DNA of 56,320 nucleotides from Planctomycetota bacterium (GTDB lineage: Bacteria > Planctomycetota > MHYJ01 > WSZJ01): contig JBBTCT010000032.1 of the NCBI GenBank assembly GCA_038060895.1, forward strand, positions 1 to 56,320, in the 5' to 3' direction. The notes under the pieces are model-generated. The model was not told where the DNA came from and made no database searches. It saw nothing but the letters and a program-made list of their open reading frames with translations. Below are positions 28,040 through 37,580 of the stretch, in pieces. Made by a program: the position numbers and the translations under genes. Within the stretch, counting starts at the first letter, position 1; every line of letters starts with the position of its first letter.

Positions 28040-28339
28040 ATGCGCGTTCCCGTTTTCTTCTCCGCGGTCTTCCTTGTTCTGGGTCTGGCCGAGTCCGCGG
28101 CGGCGTTGATCCTCGTACTTTCGCCGGAAGCGGTCGCGGCGCGCCGGCCTGCGCCGGTCGTCGTGGAGGCGCCCGCTGAAACCGTGGCGCTCACGGAGCC
28201 CGCGAAACGGGAGCGGAACGAGATTCGCTGTATGGCAACGCCACCGGCCGAAGAGGACGATGGATGCCTCCGCTGCCCGGACGACGAGTTCCTGAGCAAC
28301 TGGCCCGCACCGCCCGCCGACAAGGGAGCCCCGAAATGA
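28040..28339 (+). CDS. Small membrane-anchored hypothetical protein
   Basis: Hydrophobic N-terminus, Pro-rich, CLRC. The stop overlaps the next start (ATGA). Confidence 0.5.
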   Translation: MRVPVFFSAVFLVLGLAESAAALILVLSPEAVAARRPAPVVVEAPAETVALTEPAKRERNEIRCMATPPAEEDDGCLRCPDDEFLSNWPAPPADKGAPK

Positions 28340-31125
28340 ACTTCTTCAGCCGCATCATCACCATCCCGTTTGCGATTGCCGCTTCCCTTTGCTTCGCCGG
28401 CGACGACATTGAGTTTGCGCGCGGGCTGGCCCGCGACGGGTTCGTCCAGCAGGCGGAGGAAATCTGCAGGAAGATCGAAGCCGGGGCGGACGTGCAGGAG
28501 AGGGCCGCGGTGCCCCTGGTGCGCGCGGAGATCGCTACGAAGCGGGCGGCAGCGGCGGGGTCGCTGGCCGAGGCGCGAGAAGAGCTGGCGCGGGGGGCAG
28601 AGGCGCTGGACGCGTTTGTGTCGGCGAACCCGGCGCACCCGCGGCTGGGTGAAGCGCGGATGCAGGCGGGAATGATGAGACGGCAGTGCGGCGAAGTGAC
28701 GGAGCAGGAAGTGGCGGAAAACGGAGCGGGCGCGGCGAAGGCGGGCGAGCGCGGGCGGGAGGAACTGGAGAAGGCGCTGAAGAACCTGGAAGCGGCGGGA
28801 GCTTCGGCAAAGGAAAGAAAACAAAACATCGAGGCTCGTCTCGCCGGCAGGCCGGCCCACGGGAAGGACGAGCTCGAACTTGAGGAAGCCGAAGGACAGG
28901 CCGCGGAAGCCCCCTACCAGGCCGCCCGGTGCCTGCACCTGCGCGGGCGGCTGGAAGCGAACGCCACGGATCGGAAGAAGTGGCTGGAGCGCGCTCACGG
29001 CGCCTTCATGGACCTCGAGTTCGACTTCGGTGAGACGCCGCTGGTGCAGGAGGCGTCGCTGACGTGGGCGCTGGTGCTGCGTGATCTCGGAAGGCCCGCG
29101 GAGGCGCTGAGCCGGTTCGACGTCGCGTGGAAAGTCTCGCTCCCGTGGCGCGACCGGATCGTCACGGGCCCTCTCCCCTCCTGGGAACGCGAAGTCTCCG
29201 AACGGGCGATCGGCGGACGCGCGGAGACGCTGACGTCGATGGGCAACCCCGCGGCCGCCCTCGAGGCCGTGGAAGCGCTTCTCCGCATCGTCCCCAACGC
29301 GGCCCAGGACCGGTCTGGATTCCTCGCCGTCCTCGAAAAGGGCGCCGCGCTGGCTGCTCTCGGGCGGAACAACGACGCGGCCAACCTCGCCCTCGCAATG
29401 GTGCAGGCCGCACCCAGCGCGGCGCTTCGCGATATTGCGGTGAAGCGCCTGATGCAGTGGGGCGGGGCCGGAGCACCGGCGGCGCGCAGGCTGGTCGCGG
29501 ACGCGTCGTTCGCGGCGATGAACTGGCTGGAGGCCTGGAACGGATACCGTTCGCTCCTGGCGATCCTCGAGAAGCCCGATGGCGATGTTCTGTGGCGACT
29601 CGCCGTCTGCACAGACCGGCTGGATCGCCCCTGGGAAGCGGTGGTGCTCTACGAAGCGGTCGCGACGGAGTTTCAGCAGCACCCGAGCGCTCCCGTAGCG
29701 GCCTTCCGCGCCGCGCAGATCTGGAACGTCTTCGCTTCACGCGCCGGCGACGCCGGCCGCTGGGAACGCGAAAACCTCGACCGGATGCTGCGCCTCCTTG
29801 TGGACCGCTGGCCCGGGGACCCGAACGCGAAAAACGCTGTCTATCTCGTTGCCGACGCGGAATTCGAACGCGGCGAATACGAGAAGGCCGCGCTGAGCTT
29901 CGGACGTGTGCCGCGGGATGCCAACCTTCGCGTGCAGGCTCTCTTCATGGCAGGCCGATCCTGGCACAAGCTCGGCGAGGCACTCTGGGCGAATCCCGAT
30001 ACACGAGCGAACGCCGCGGACGCGTTCACGCAGGCTGAAAACAAGATGCGCGAAGCGATCGAAGCGGGCCCCTCGTCCGGCGAGCTCCGCGCGAGCGTCG
30101 TCGCCTGGGCGAGAATGTCGCTCGCTTCCGTCCTGCTTCACCCGCAGAACCCGCGGCCCGCCCTCGCGATCCAGGAACTGGATGCCGTGGGCCCGCAGTC
30201 GGCGCCGGACCAGGAGCGCCGCTTCGGCGAACTGATGATCCGGGCGCGGATCGCCAACGGCCAGCCGGCGAAGGCGTCGGAACTGGCGGCCGTGATGGTG
30301 AAGCGATTCAAGTCGGACGCATCGACGGGCAGGATGTGCCGTGAAGCGGCGGAAGCCTGCGATGCGTCGGCGGAAGCCGGCGGCCCGGACGCCGCGGCGC
30401 TTCGGCTCGCGGCGATCGCCCGGTACGCCGATTCCGTGGAAGTTGCGATTGCGGCAAAGTCGCCGCCGACGGGCGCCGATGTCGCGGCCGTGACGGATCA
30501 CGCCCTGCAGCTCGCGCTGACCCTCAACGGCATCGCGGATGACGCTTCGCTCGACGACGCCCCCGCGACGATCCCCCACCCCGAAGCACTCTCCGGCGCT
30601 GCGAGGATCGCGCGCGCTTCCGGCTCCTGCGGCGCCCTGCCGCCGGGCTGGTCCGCCGACTTCCGTCTCGGCCGCGCGCTGGCGTTCTCGGGAAACCTCG
30701 AGGGCGCGCGCGACTCGTTCGAAAGCGTCGTGGAGGACGAAGGACTGGTCAGAAACGGGAAGTTCAACGCGACGGCGGTCCAAGGGCGCGCGTGGGTGCT
30801 GGCAGCCTACGAGGAATCGGGCTTTGCCCACCTGAGGCTCGGCGAAAAGGCCGGCCGGGGACCGGAGTTCGATTTCGCGCTCACCGTATTCTCCAACATC
30901 GTCAACCAGTGCCAATCCGGAAGCGGCCCGTGGTGGCGATCGAAGGTGGGCGCCCTGCGCGTCTATGCAGGGCGCGGGAAACCGGGGGACTTCGAGCTTG
31001 CGCGACTCGGACTTCAGGACCTTCTCGCCAACCACCCTGACCTCGACGGCGGCAAGTTTGGCATCGCGCCGAAAGTGAACAACTTGAAGACGCGCCTCGA
31101 CAAGCAGGCTCCGGCCAGAAAATGA
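28336..31125 (+). CDS. Large exported TPR/helical-repeat protein, paralog 2
   Basis: Start ATG 28336. Aligns with 11296..14232 (GDDIEFARGL/GDDVDFARAL, AAFRAAQIWNV/AAFRAAQVWNV, WPGDPNAKNA/WPNDPNSKNA). Confidence 0.85.
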   Translation: MNFFSRIITIPFAIAASLCFAGDDIEFARGLARDGFVQQAEEICRKIEAGADVQERAAVPLVRAEIATKRAAAAGSLAEAREELARGAEALDAFVSANPAHPRLGEARMQAGMMRRQCGEVTEQEVAENGAGAAKAGERGREELEKALKNLEAAGASAKERKQNIEARLAGRPAHGKDELELEEAEGQAAEAPYQAARCLHLRGRLEANATDRKKWLERAHGAFMDLEFDFGETPLVQEASLTWALVLRDLGRPAEALSRFDVAWKVSLPWRDRIVTGPLPSWEREVSERAIGGRAETLTSMGNPAAALEAVEALLRIVPNAAQDRSGFLAVLEKGAALAALGRNNDAANLALAMVQAAPSAALRDIAVKRLMQWGGAGAPAARRLVADASFAAMNWLEAWNGYRSLLAILEKPDGDVLWRLAVCTDRLDRPWEAVVLYEAVATEFQQHPSAPVAAFRAAQIWNVFASRAGDAGRWERENLDRMLRLLVDRWPGDPNAKNAVYLVADAEFERGEYEKAALSFGRVPRDANLRVQALFMAGRSWHKLGEALWANPDTRANAADAFTQAENKMREAIEAGPSSGELRASVVAWARMSLASVLLHPQNPRPALAIQELDAVGPQSAPDQERRFGELMIRARIANGQPAKASELAAVMVKRFKSDASTGRMCREAAEACDASAEAGGPDAAALRLAAIARYADSVEVAIAAKSPPTGADVAAVTDHALQLALTLNGIADDASLDDAPATIPHPEALSGAARIARASGSCGALPPGWSADFRLGRALAFSGNLEGARDSFESVVEDEGLVRNGKFNATAVQGRAWVLAAYEESGFAHLRLGEKAGRGPEFDFALTVFSNIVNQCQSGSGPWWRSKVGALRVYAGRGKPGDFELARLGLQDLLANHPDLDGGKFGIAPKVNNLKTRLDKQAPARK

Positions 31126-32387
31126 AGCGGAGCTGCGAGCGGTGGGTCCAGCTGGTCCTGGCTTTCTGCGCCGCGGTGACACTTCATGCGATTTTCCTGA
31201 CCCTCATGGAGCTTTCGCCCGTGTGGCCATGGAGCGCAGTTTCCCCCGCCAGGCCGCCGGACGGGCGCGGCGTTGACCTGCGGATCGCGCCCCCGCAAAA
31301 AGGACGTCCCGGCCGCGGGCCGTTTGTGCCGGCCCCGCCGCCGCCGGAAGCGCAACTGAACGATCCCAAGACGCACAGGCCCGGGCTGCTCGGTCTGCGC
31401 GGCGTGAAGACGTCCGAGGACCTTGGAGATGACGGAATGGCCCTCGAAGCCGCGCTGGCGTGGCTGGACCGGCATCAGCTTCCGGATGGAGGCTGGTCGG
31501 CGAGCCAGGACTGCGGTTTCGCGGCCTGCACGGCCGCCCGGTCGGCGACCTCGCACGCCGGCGCAACGTCGATCGCGCTTCTGGCTTACCTCGCGGACGG
31601 AATCACGCACCTCGACCGGCGCACGTACACCGAGCACGTGACAGGGCGGATGTTCTCCCGGGGCCAATCGGTCAAGGGTGCGGTCAAGTGGCTCATCAAC
31701 AATTCAAAGGACTCGAAGGTCTGGGCGCCCCACGACCAGGCCCTCGCCGCGCTCGCCCTCACCGAGATCTATGGACTGACCCGATCGGGATTGTTCCGCC
31801 CGCACGCACAAGCGTACATAGATTCGCTGCTCGCAAGGTACGCCTGGGGAATCCGCTGGCGCACCGTCGAGGGACATGCGGTTCGCGACGCTGAAGCGGC
31901 GGCGTGGATGCTCATGGCGATCAGCATCGGCCGTGAAGCCGGGCTCAAGCTGCCCGAGGATGCGATGCCGGATGCCGTGGAAACCCTTCTGGCCGACGAA
32001 TCCAATTCCCGTCTCCTGCGCGTCTCGATGGCCTCCTCCTGTCACCTGCGCCTGCTGAGTTCCGTGAGTTCAACGGACTGGATGAGAGCATTTCGTTCCG
32101 AACAACTCGAGCCCGGAGCCCCGGATTCACCGGACCTGCACGCGCTTCACTGGGCCCTGCTCGCAGCGCGCAAGGAGTCTTCCTTCAGGCCCGCCGCGTG
32201 GAAGTCCTGGCGCGACCCGGCGGTGACCCTGGTCGTGGAATCGCAGCGGCGGGAATCCTCGGCGTGTCTCGCTGGCTCCTGGGATCCGCCGGAGGACGCC
32301 AGGCTCGGTCGCACGGGATCGACGGCCCAGAACGCGCTGACGCTTCTCACCTGGAAACGCTACGCACCGGCCAAGCCGCCGAAGTAA
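31122..32387 (+). CDS. Divergent prenyltransferase/squalene-cyclase-repeat protein
   Basis: N-terminal TM with His, ALAWLDRHQ..GGW, AVKWLI, LALTEIYGLT, GSWDP..GR..STA. ATGA overlap with the upstream gene. Confidence 0.75.
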   Translation: MKRSCERWVQLVLAFCAAVTLHAIFLTLMELSPVWPWSAVSPARPPDGRGVDLRIAPPQKGRPGRGPFVPAPPPPEAQLNDPKTHRPGLLGLRGVKTSEDLGDDGMALEAALAWLDRHQLPDGGWSASQDCGFAACTAARSATSHAGATSIALLAYLADGITHLDRRTYTEHVTGRMFSRGQSVKGAVKWLINNSKDSKVWAPHDQALAALALTEIYGLTRSGLFRPHAQAYIDSLLARYAWGIRWRTVEGHAVRDAEAAAWMLMAISIGREAGLKLPEDAMPDAVETLLADESNSRLLRVSMASSCHLRLLSSVSSTDWMRAFRSEQLEPGAPDSPDLHALHWALLAARKESSFRPAAWKSWRDPAVTLVVESQRRESSACLAGSWDPPEDARLGRTGSTAQNALTLLTWKRYAPAKPPK

Positions 32388-32418
32388 ATCGAACCCGCGG
32401 ACGCTTCGCCCGTTCTCA

Positions 32419-32817
32419 TTGTGCGTGAGGACTCCCCGGCCCTGCAGTCACCGCACGTCGCGCCCATGGCTCGCGGCGGGTGCCTCCGCCCTCCTCTCCT
32501 GCGCAGCCGCATGGCTGGCGCAGAATGGGCCGGCCCACCGGCCGGCGACCGCCGCGCCGGCGCCGGCGATGGTCGTGAGGGCGGAAGCGCCTGCCGCGGT
32601 GATCCGGCTGAGACCGCGCGTGGCGCCCGGGCCGAGGTGCCTGCGCCTGCTTCCCGCGCGCGAATACGCGGCGGGGCGCGGCGGTTCAGCGGCCAATGAC
32701 GCGGTGCGTCAAGATGCACCGGGGAGCCTCGTCGACGGCGTCGACGACGTCGTCTTCAGCAGCGCGGGGGAGGAAGCCTGGCCCGGGATGCAGGGCGGCA
32801 ATGCCAGGAAACCTTAA
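32419..32817 (+). CDS. Possible small hypothetical protein
   Basis: Fills the gap between convergent genes and has a short hydrophobic segment. Start and frame uncertain. Confidence 0.25.
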   Translation: MCVRTPRPCSHRTSRPWLAAGASALLSCAAAWLAQNGPAHRPATAAPAPAMVVRAEAPAAVIRLRPRVAPGPRCLRLLPAREYAAGRGGSAANDAVRQDAPGSLVDGVDDVVFSSAGEEAWPGMQGGNARKP

Positions 32818-33977
32818 GTCGTCTGCATCACCATCGCGCACGTGTACGTCATCCACGCCAGGAACGCGGTCAGAAGCAGAAAAGCCATCCCCATCGCCAG
32901 CCGGTAACTCCCGGGAACGTCGTAGTACCCGCCCGGCCCAAGCCGCTTCGGGTTCTTCCACGCTTCCCACGCCCGCCCCATGCCGAACGTCGCGATGAAC
33001 AGGAGCAGGATCGTCCCTGGGACCGCTTCGGGTCGCGGATGGACCCACGTCAGGCCCGTGATCAGCGTGAGCAGCCCGATGCCGACAAGCCAGAGGCGCG
33101 GCGAGATGGCCGCGACGATGCGGCCTCCGTCGAGCGGAAGAACGGGGACCATCTGGAAAAGGTTCAGGAGGTAGCCAAGGAGCGCCACCAGGAGCCATTC
33201 CCGGGACTGCGTGAAGTAAAAGAGCACGAAAGCAACCGTCGACGCGAACGCACCGGCGAGCGGGCCGCCGTATCCGATTTCCGCTTCCACTCGGGCGTCG
33301 CGAGGCTGGTCGCGCATGGCGATGAGGGCGCCGACGAAAGGAATGAAGATCGGGGCGCCGGCCCGCAGGCCGTGCCCGCGCATGACCCAGGCGTGCCCGA
33401 GCTCGTGGATGAGGATGACTCCGAGGAGGCCTGAAGCGAACGTCCACGACCCGAGCAGCCCGTAGGCGCCGACAGAGGCCGCAAGCGATACGACGGTCGC
33501 GAGCCATTTGGCCTTGGACGCCCAAAGCAATGCCGCCGCGACCCCGGCGGCAATCATGGAGGGTCTGGAGGGCCGCGGCAGCGACTGGAGAAGCGACATC
33601 GGCAACCGGGCGGTGTCCCCATGGCGCATGAACGTCTCCACGCGCGGCGACCCCGGGGCCGCAGGCTCCCGCTCCAGCCTTCCCTTCTCGATGATCAAGT
33701 GCTTCAGCTTCAACGGGTCGTCCAGCGTCGCTTCGTAGTGCGCGAACGCGTACCTCGACGCCCCGAGGTGCACGACGTACCGCGCCACGCCTCGTTCGAT
33801 CCAGAAATCCAGGCGCTTGATGTCGCGGAATCCGAACGCGAACGTCCGGTCGATCACCAGCCCGTCGTCCTTCACCTCGACGCGCCTTTTCCGGAAGATC
33901 CTGCGAAGCGACAGGACCGCGAGAAGCAGGGCCGCGAAAGCCGCGCCGACGAAGGCGAGGTGAGTGTGAAGGTTCAC
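32814..33977 (-). CDS. Site-2 protease (M50) family membrane metalloprotease with an N-terminal extra domain
   Basis: HELGH, IFIPFVGA, GGPLAG, NL...PVLPLDGG. GTG start at 33977 overlaps the upstream stop. Confidence 0.9.
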   Translation of the reverse strand: MNLHTHLAFVGAAFAALLLAVLSLRRIFRKRRVEVKDDGLVIDRTFAFGFRDIKRLDFWIERGVARYVVHLGASRYAFAHYEATLDDPLKLKHLIIEKGRLEREPAAPGSPRVETFMRHGDTARLPMSLLQSLPRPSRPSMIAAGVAAALLWASKAKWLATVVSLAASVGAYGLLGSWTFASGLLGVILIHELGHAWVMRGHGLRAGAPIFIPFVGALIAMRDQPRDARVEAEIGYGGPLAGAFASTVAFVLFYFTQSREWLLVALLGYLLNLFQMVPVLPLDGGRIVAAISPRLWLVGIGLLTLITGLTWVHPRPEAVPGTILLLFIATFGMGRAWEAWKNPKRLGPGGYYDVPGSYRLAMGMAFLLLTAFLAWMTYTCAMVMQTT

Positions 33978-34690
33978 GCGACCGGCCGCAGGTCGGCGAC
34001 GAACTCCCCTTCCGCAATCGCCATATCCCCGATCGCAGGCGCGCCGGCGTCGCGTGCGCGCACGATTGCATCGACGCTCCCGGTCGGCGCGGCGATGCGG
34101 AAGCGGCGGCAGAGTTCGCCGGTCGCGGGGTTTGTGAAGTCCGAGACGGCCTCGACGCGCCCGGCGACCGTGAACAGGTCGGGGGGGAGTTCCGGGTCCT
34201 GCGAGGCCCATTGCGACGCCAGGATGAGAGGCCTCGTTCCTTCCGGCGCGGTCTCGACGCGCCCCGAAAGCAGCGCGAGCGACGCGGCAACCCGGGTACC
34301 GGCGGCGATCATCGCCGAGAACGGGTTTCCGATGCGGAAGCGGAGGCGGTCCGGGAAAGCGGAGATGCCGAACGGTTCGAGCGGGCAGTCCGCGGTCACG
34401 ACGTCGTCGAGTTGCAACTCCCGCTCCGCGCCGCCGCCGAACGCCGGGAAGAAACAGACGATTTCCTCCCCGGGCAGAAAGAACCGCTTCTTCAGTTCCA
34501 CCACGGTCACCAGCCGCGCGCCGCCGCCGCATTCGAGAGTATGAATCCGCAGTTTGCGTCCGCCGCGCTCGATTTCCATGGCCGTCCCCCGGTCCATCGG
34601 CCAGCGCACCCACTCGGCCAATCGCGCGGCGACCATCCCGGGGGCAAGCCCGCGGGTGGGAAAGCCGATGGCGTCAAGCGGGGTTGACAC
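33974..34690 (-). CDS. Hypothetical protein
   Basis: 238-aa ORF coupled to the M50 gene. No motif recognised. Confidence 0.6.
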   Translation of the reverse strand: MSTPLDAIGFPTRGLAPGMVAARLAEWVRWPMDRGTAMEIERGGRKLRIHTLECGGGARLVTVVELKKRFFLPGEEIVCFFPAFGGGAERELQLDDVVTADCPLEPFGISAFPDRLRFRIGNPFSAMIAAGTRVAASLALLSGRVETAPEGTRPLILASQWASQDPELPPDLFTVAGRVEAVSDFTNPATGELCRRFRIAAPTGSVDAIVRARDAGAPAIGDMAIAEGEFVADLRPVA

Positions 34691-34758
34691 GTTGTTCCCT
34701 TGCCCTGGTCCGCGGCGCCCGGACGAAACGAGAACAAGGGCGCGTTCGCGGGAACGCC

Positions 34759-35154
34759 TTACTTGAAGTAGTCCTGCCGCCGGGCCTTTTCATCCGGCGA
34801 CATCTCCTTCCACTCCTTGTCGATTTCGTCGATGTCATATCGTTTCCTGGCCACTCCAAAATCCCCGTCGGCATCCTCGAACAGTTTCGTCGCCGAGCCC
34901 TGCCCGCGGCCGTAGGTGTCCCGCCGGTAGGTCACCTCGTCAACCGCGTAGTCCCCGTCATTGTCGACGAGCACCCGTTGTTCGAACCCCTCCCCCATCG
35001 TGAGGGTCGCGGTTCTCCTGTAATCGTTCCAGACCCACGTCCCGTGAATCCCCCTGACCTCGTACCCGTCCTTGCGGTAGTGGTGGTTGATGAGCAGGTG
35101 CTGGTCGGCGCATGCCGAAATAAAAACAACGAGAATGGGGATGAAGCGCTTCAT
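34759..35154 (-). CDS. Hypothetical lipoprotein
   Basis: MKRFIPILVVFISAC lipobox-like start and a DNDGD loop. ATGA overlap with the nifS stop. Confidence 0.7.
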   Translation of the reverse strand: MKRFIPILVVFISACADQHLLINHHYRKDGYEVRGIHGTWVWNDYRRTATLTMGEGFEQRVLVDNDGDYAVDEVTYRRDTYGRGQGSATKLFEDADGDFGVARKRYDIDEIDKEWKEMSPDEKARRQDYFK

Positions 35155-36314
35155 CGTCTCGCCGGCTCCTTTCCTGCGACTTTGCGCAGTTTCTCCACCG
35201 CCTCGGCCGTCTTCGCGGCGGCGTAATCCACGTCGTCCGGAGTCGTGTCCAGCCCGAGCGAGAATCGCATCGACCCGTAGATGTGCGTCTGGGGCACGCG
35301 CATCGCTTTCAGCACGTGCGAAGGCTCCGTCGAACCGCTCGAGCAGGCGCTTCCGATCGACACGCAAACGCCGAATTGCGACAGGATCAGCAGCACGGCC
35401 TCGCCCTCGACATACGGGAATCCGAGGTTGGCCGTGTTCGGGACACGAAGGTCCCTGTGACCGTTGCGGGCCGCCCCCGGAATTCGCTCGAGGACCAGGG
35501 CCTCCAGGCGGTCGCGAAGGACCTTCACCTGGCTGGCCTCGAGCGGCAGGTCCCGCTGCGCGAGTTCCGCGGCAGCTCCCATTCCGACGATCCCCGCGAC
35601 GTTCTCGGTGCCGGCACGCCGGCCCTTCTCCTGGTGGCCGCCGAGAATGAGGGGCTTCATCCGCGCGTTGCGCTGCACGTAGAGGGCGCCCACTCCCTTC
35701 GGCCCGCCAAACTTGTGCGCGGCAACCGTCATCGAACTCACTGCCGTGTCCTTCAGGCTCACGGAAACCTTGCCAGCCGCCTGCACGCCGTCGCAGTGAA
35801 ACGCAATCCCCTTCTCGGCGCACGCCGCGGCAAGCTCCGCATAGGGGAAAATCACCCCCGTCTCGTTGTTCGCCGCCATCGCCGTCGCGACGGCGGTGTC
35901 CGGACGAAGCGCCGACTTCCACGCTTCGACGTCCATCGTTCCGTCGCCGCGCACCGGGACTTCCGTCACCGTGTAGCCGCGCCCCTTGAGCCACTCGCAG
36001 ACTTCTCCCACGCAGGGGTGCTCCACCGGGCTCGTCACGACGTGCTTCTTCTCCGGCGCCGCTTCGCAGTAACCGCGAAGCGCCATGTTGTTCCCCTCGG
36101 TCCCGCTGCCCGTGAACACGATGTCCTGGGAGCGGGCGCCTAGAAGCGCCGCGACCTGCTCACGGGCGGTGTCGAGGGCGCGGCCGACCTGGCTGCCGAA
36201 GACGTGGAGGCTCGACGGGTTTCCGTACAGCTCCGTCAGGTACGGAGTTATCGCGGCCAGCGCTTCAGGCCGCAGGCGCGTCGTCGCATTGTTGTCGAGG
36301 TAGACCGTTCTCAT
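35151..36314 (-). CDS. nifS: Cysteine desulfurase (NifS/IscS group I)
   Basis: YLDNNATT, GNPSSLH, ANNETG, D.VQA.GK, PLP lysine AHKFGGPKG, catalytic GSACSS. Start ATG 36314. Confidence 0.93.
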   Translation of the reverse strand: MRTVYLDNNATTRLRPEALAAITPYLTELYGNPSSLHVFGSQVGRALDTAREQVAALLGARSQDIVFTGSGTEGNNMALRGYCEAAPEKKHVVTSPVEHPCVGEVCEWLKGRGYTVTEVPVRGDGTMDVEAWKSALRPDTAVATAMAANNETGVIFPYAELAAACAEKGIAFHCDGVQAAGKVSVSLKDTAVSSMTVAAHKFGGPKGVGALYVQRNARMKPLILGGHQEKGRRAGTENVAGIVGMGAAAELAQRDLPLEASQVKVLRDRLEALVLERIPGAARNGHRDLRVPNTANLGFPYVEGEAVLLILSQFGVCVSIGSACSSGSTEPSHVLKAMRVPQTHIYGSMRFSLGLDTTPDDVDYAAAKTAEAVEKLRKVAGKEPARR

Positions 36315-36733
36315 ACGAAGACCACCACGGCGTCGGGGCGGTACATCTCTTTTAGCCGATTTTCGACGAACTGGCGAAGGGTGTCTTCGCCGGTCCTGCA
36401 GGCTTCGCCGCGCGGGACGGCGCGGATGCGGACGGTCGCATCGGCCACGTCCATGAGCTGGAGATCCCAGGGAGCTTTGAGGAGGAAGGGGCGGATGGCG
36501 TCGCGCACGATGGTCGCCGGCGTGGCGGGCTTGAGGGCCGGCTTGGGGTGGAGTTTCCAGAGGGTCTCCAGGAGCTTCTCCAGGTCCGGAACGCAGGTGC
36601 GGCATCCTGTGCCGGCGCCCGTGGCGTCCGCCAGCTCATCGACCCCGGTCAGCCCGCGTTCCAGCGCCAGCCGCTTCAGGTCCTCGGCCGAGAGACCGAA
36701 ACAGGTGCACAGCCCGGGGACGGGGTCGGGCAC
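36311..36733 (-). CDS. BFD-like [2Fe-2S] protein with an Nfu-like C-terminal domain
   Basis: CTC...TGAGTGCRTC BFD motif. IRPFL...DLQLMDV...VENRLKE resembles the NifU C-domain. Confidence 0.8.
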   Translation of the reverse strand: MPDPVPGLCTCFGLSAEDLKRLALERGLTGVDELADATGAGTGCRTCVPDLEKLLETLWKLHPKPALKPATPATIVRDAIRPFLLKAPWDLQLMDVADATVRIRAVPRGEACRTGEDTLRQFVENRLKEMYRPDAVVVFV

Positions 36734-36736
36734 GGG

Positions 36737-37540
36737 TTACTTTTTCCGGACCATGCAGGCTCCCATCAGGAGCGAGATCCCGAAGAAGTAGGCGAAGAGC
36801 AGGACCATGAGCAGGCTCGCAACGGCGCCGTAAAGGACCTGGTACTGAGCCAGCTGTTTCGCTCCGTACCAGGTGAATGCCAGTCGCGCGGCCGTGAACA
36901 TCAGCGAAGCGGTGATCGCAGCGAACAGGGCGTCACGCTTCTCCAGGCTCCGCGCGGGCGCCAGCTTGTAGATTGCAAAGAAAATGCCGACCCAGGCGGC
37001 GCCCCCCACGGCGATCTTCGCGAGCATCGCAAGGATCGACGACGCCTCCGTCCCCACGAGCGAGAAATCGATCCCCGATGCAAAGTCGATGGCGAGCAGG
37101 ACTAGCATGGCCGCGAGGAACATGAGCGCCGCGACGAATATGAACGCGACCGAAGCAATCGTCGTCAGGACGCCGGACTTGGGCTTCTCCACGTCAAGCA
37201 TCGCGTTCAGGCCGATCTCGATCGCGCCCACGAGTTTTCGCGCCGACAGAAAGAGCCAGATCCCGCCGACGATTCCGATCTGGTGGCGATTCGCGAAAAC
37301 GCTGGCCAGCGATTCCTTGAGCGGCTGGGCGACGGGCGGCACGTTCGCCTTGATCCACGCGTTCAGGATTTCGAGAAACGAGGAGGCGTCGGAAGCGACG
37401 TAGGCGGCGATCGTCAGGGAGAGCATCAGGAAAGGGGTGGCCGCGAACAGCAGGTAAAACGCGATCGCCGCCGCGTAGTACGACCCGTTCTTCGCGTGGA
37501 ATTGGAAAAAGCCCTTCATCACCTGGCTGCCGTGGAGCAT
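36737..37540 (-). CDS. YihY/BrkB family inner-membrane protein
   Basis: YAAAIAFY.LF..PF, GLN, YKLAP, YQVLYGAVAS, several TMs. Confidence 0.9.
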   Translation of the reverse strand: MLHGSQVMKGFFQFHAKNGSYYAAAIAFYLLFAATPFLMLSLTIAAYVASDASSFLEILNAWIKANVPPVAQPLKESLASVFANRHQIGIVGGIWLFLSARKLVGAIEIGLNAMLDVEKPKSGVLTTIASVAFIFVAALMFLAAMLVLLAIDFASGIDFSLVGTEASSILAMLAKIAVGGAAWVGIFFAIYKLAPARSLEKRDALFAAITASLMFTAARLAFTWYGAKQLAQYQVLYGAVASLLMVLLFAYFFGISLLMGACMVRKK

Positions 37541-37580
37541 GAACCCGCGATTATCCGCGAAGGGCGAGGAGCGTCCCCCG

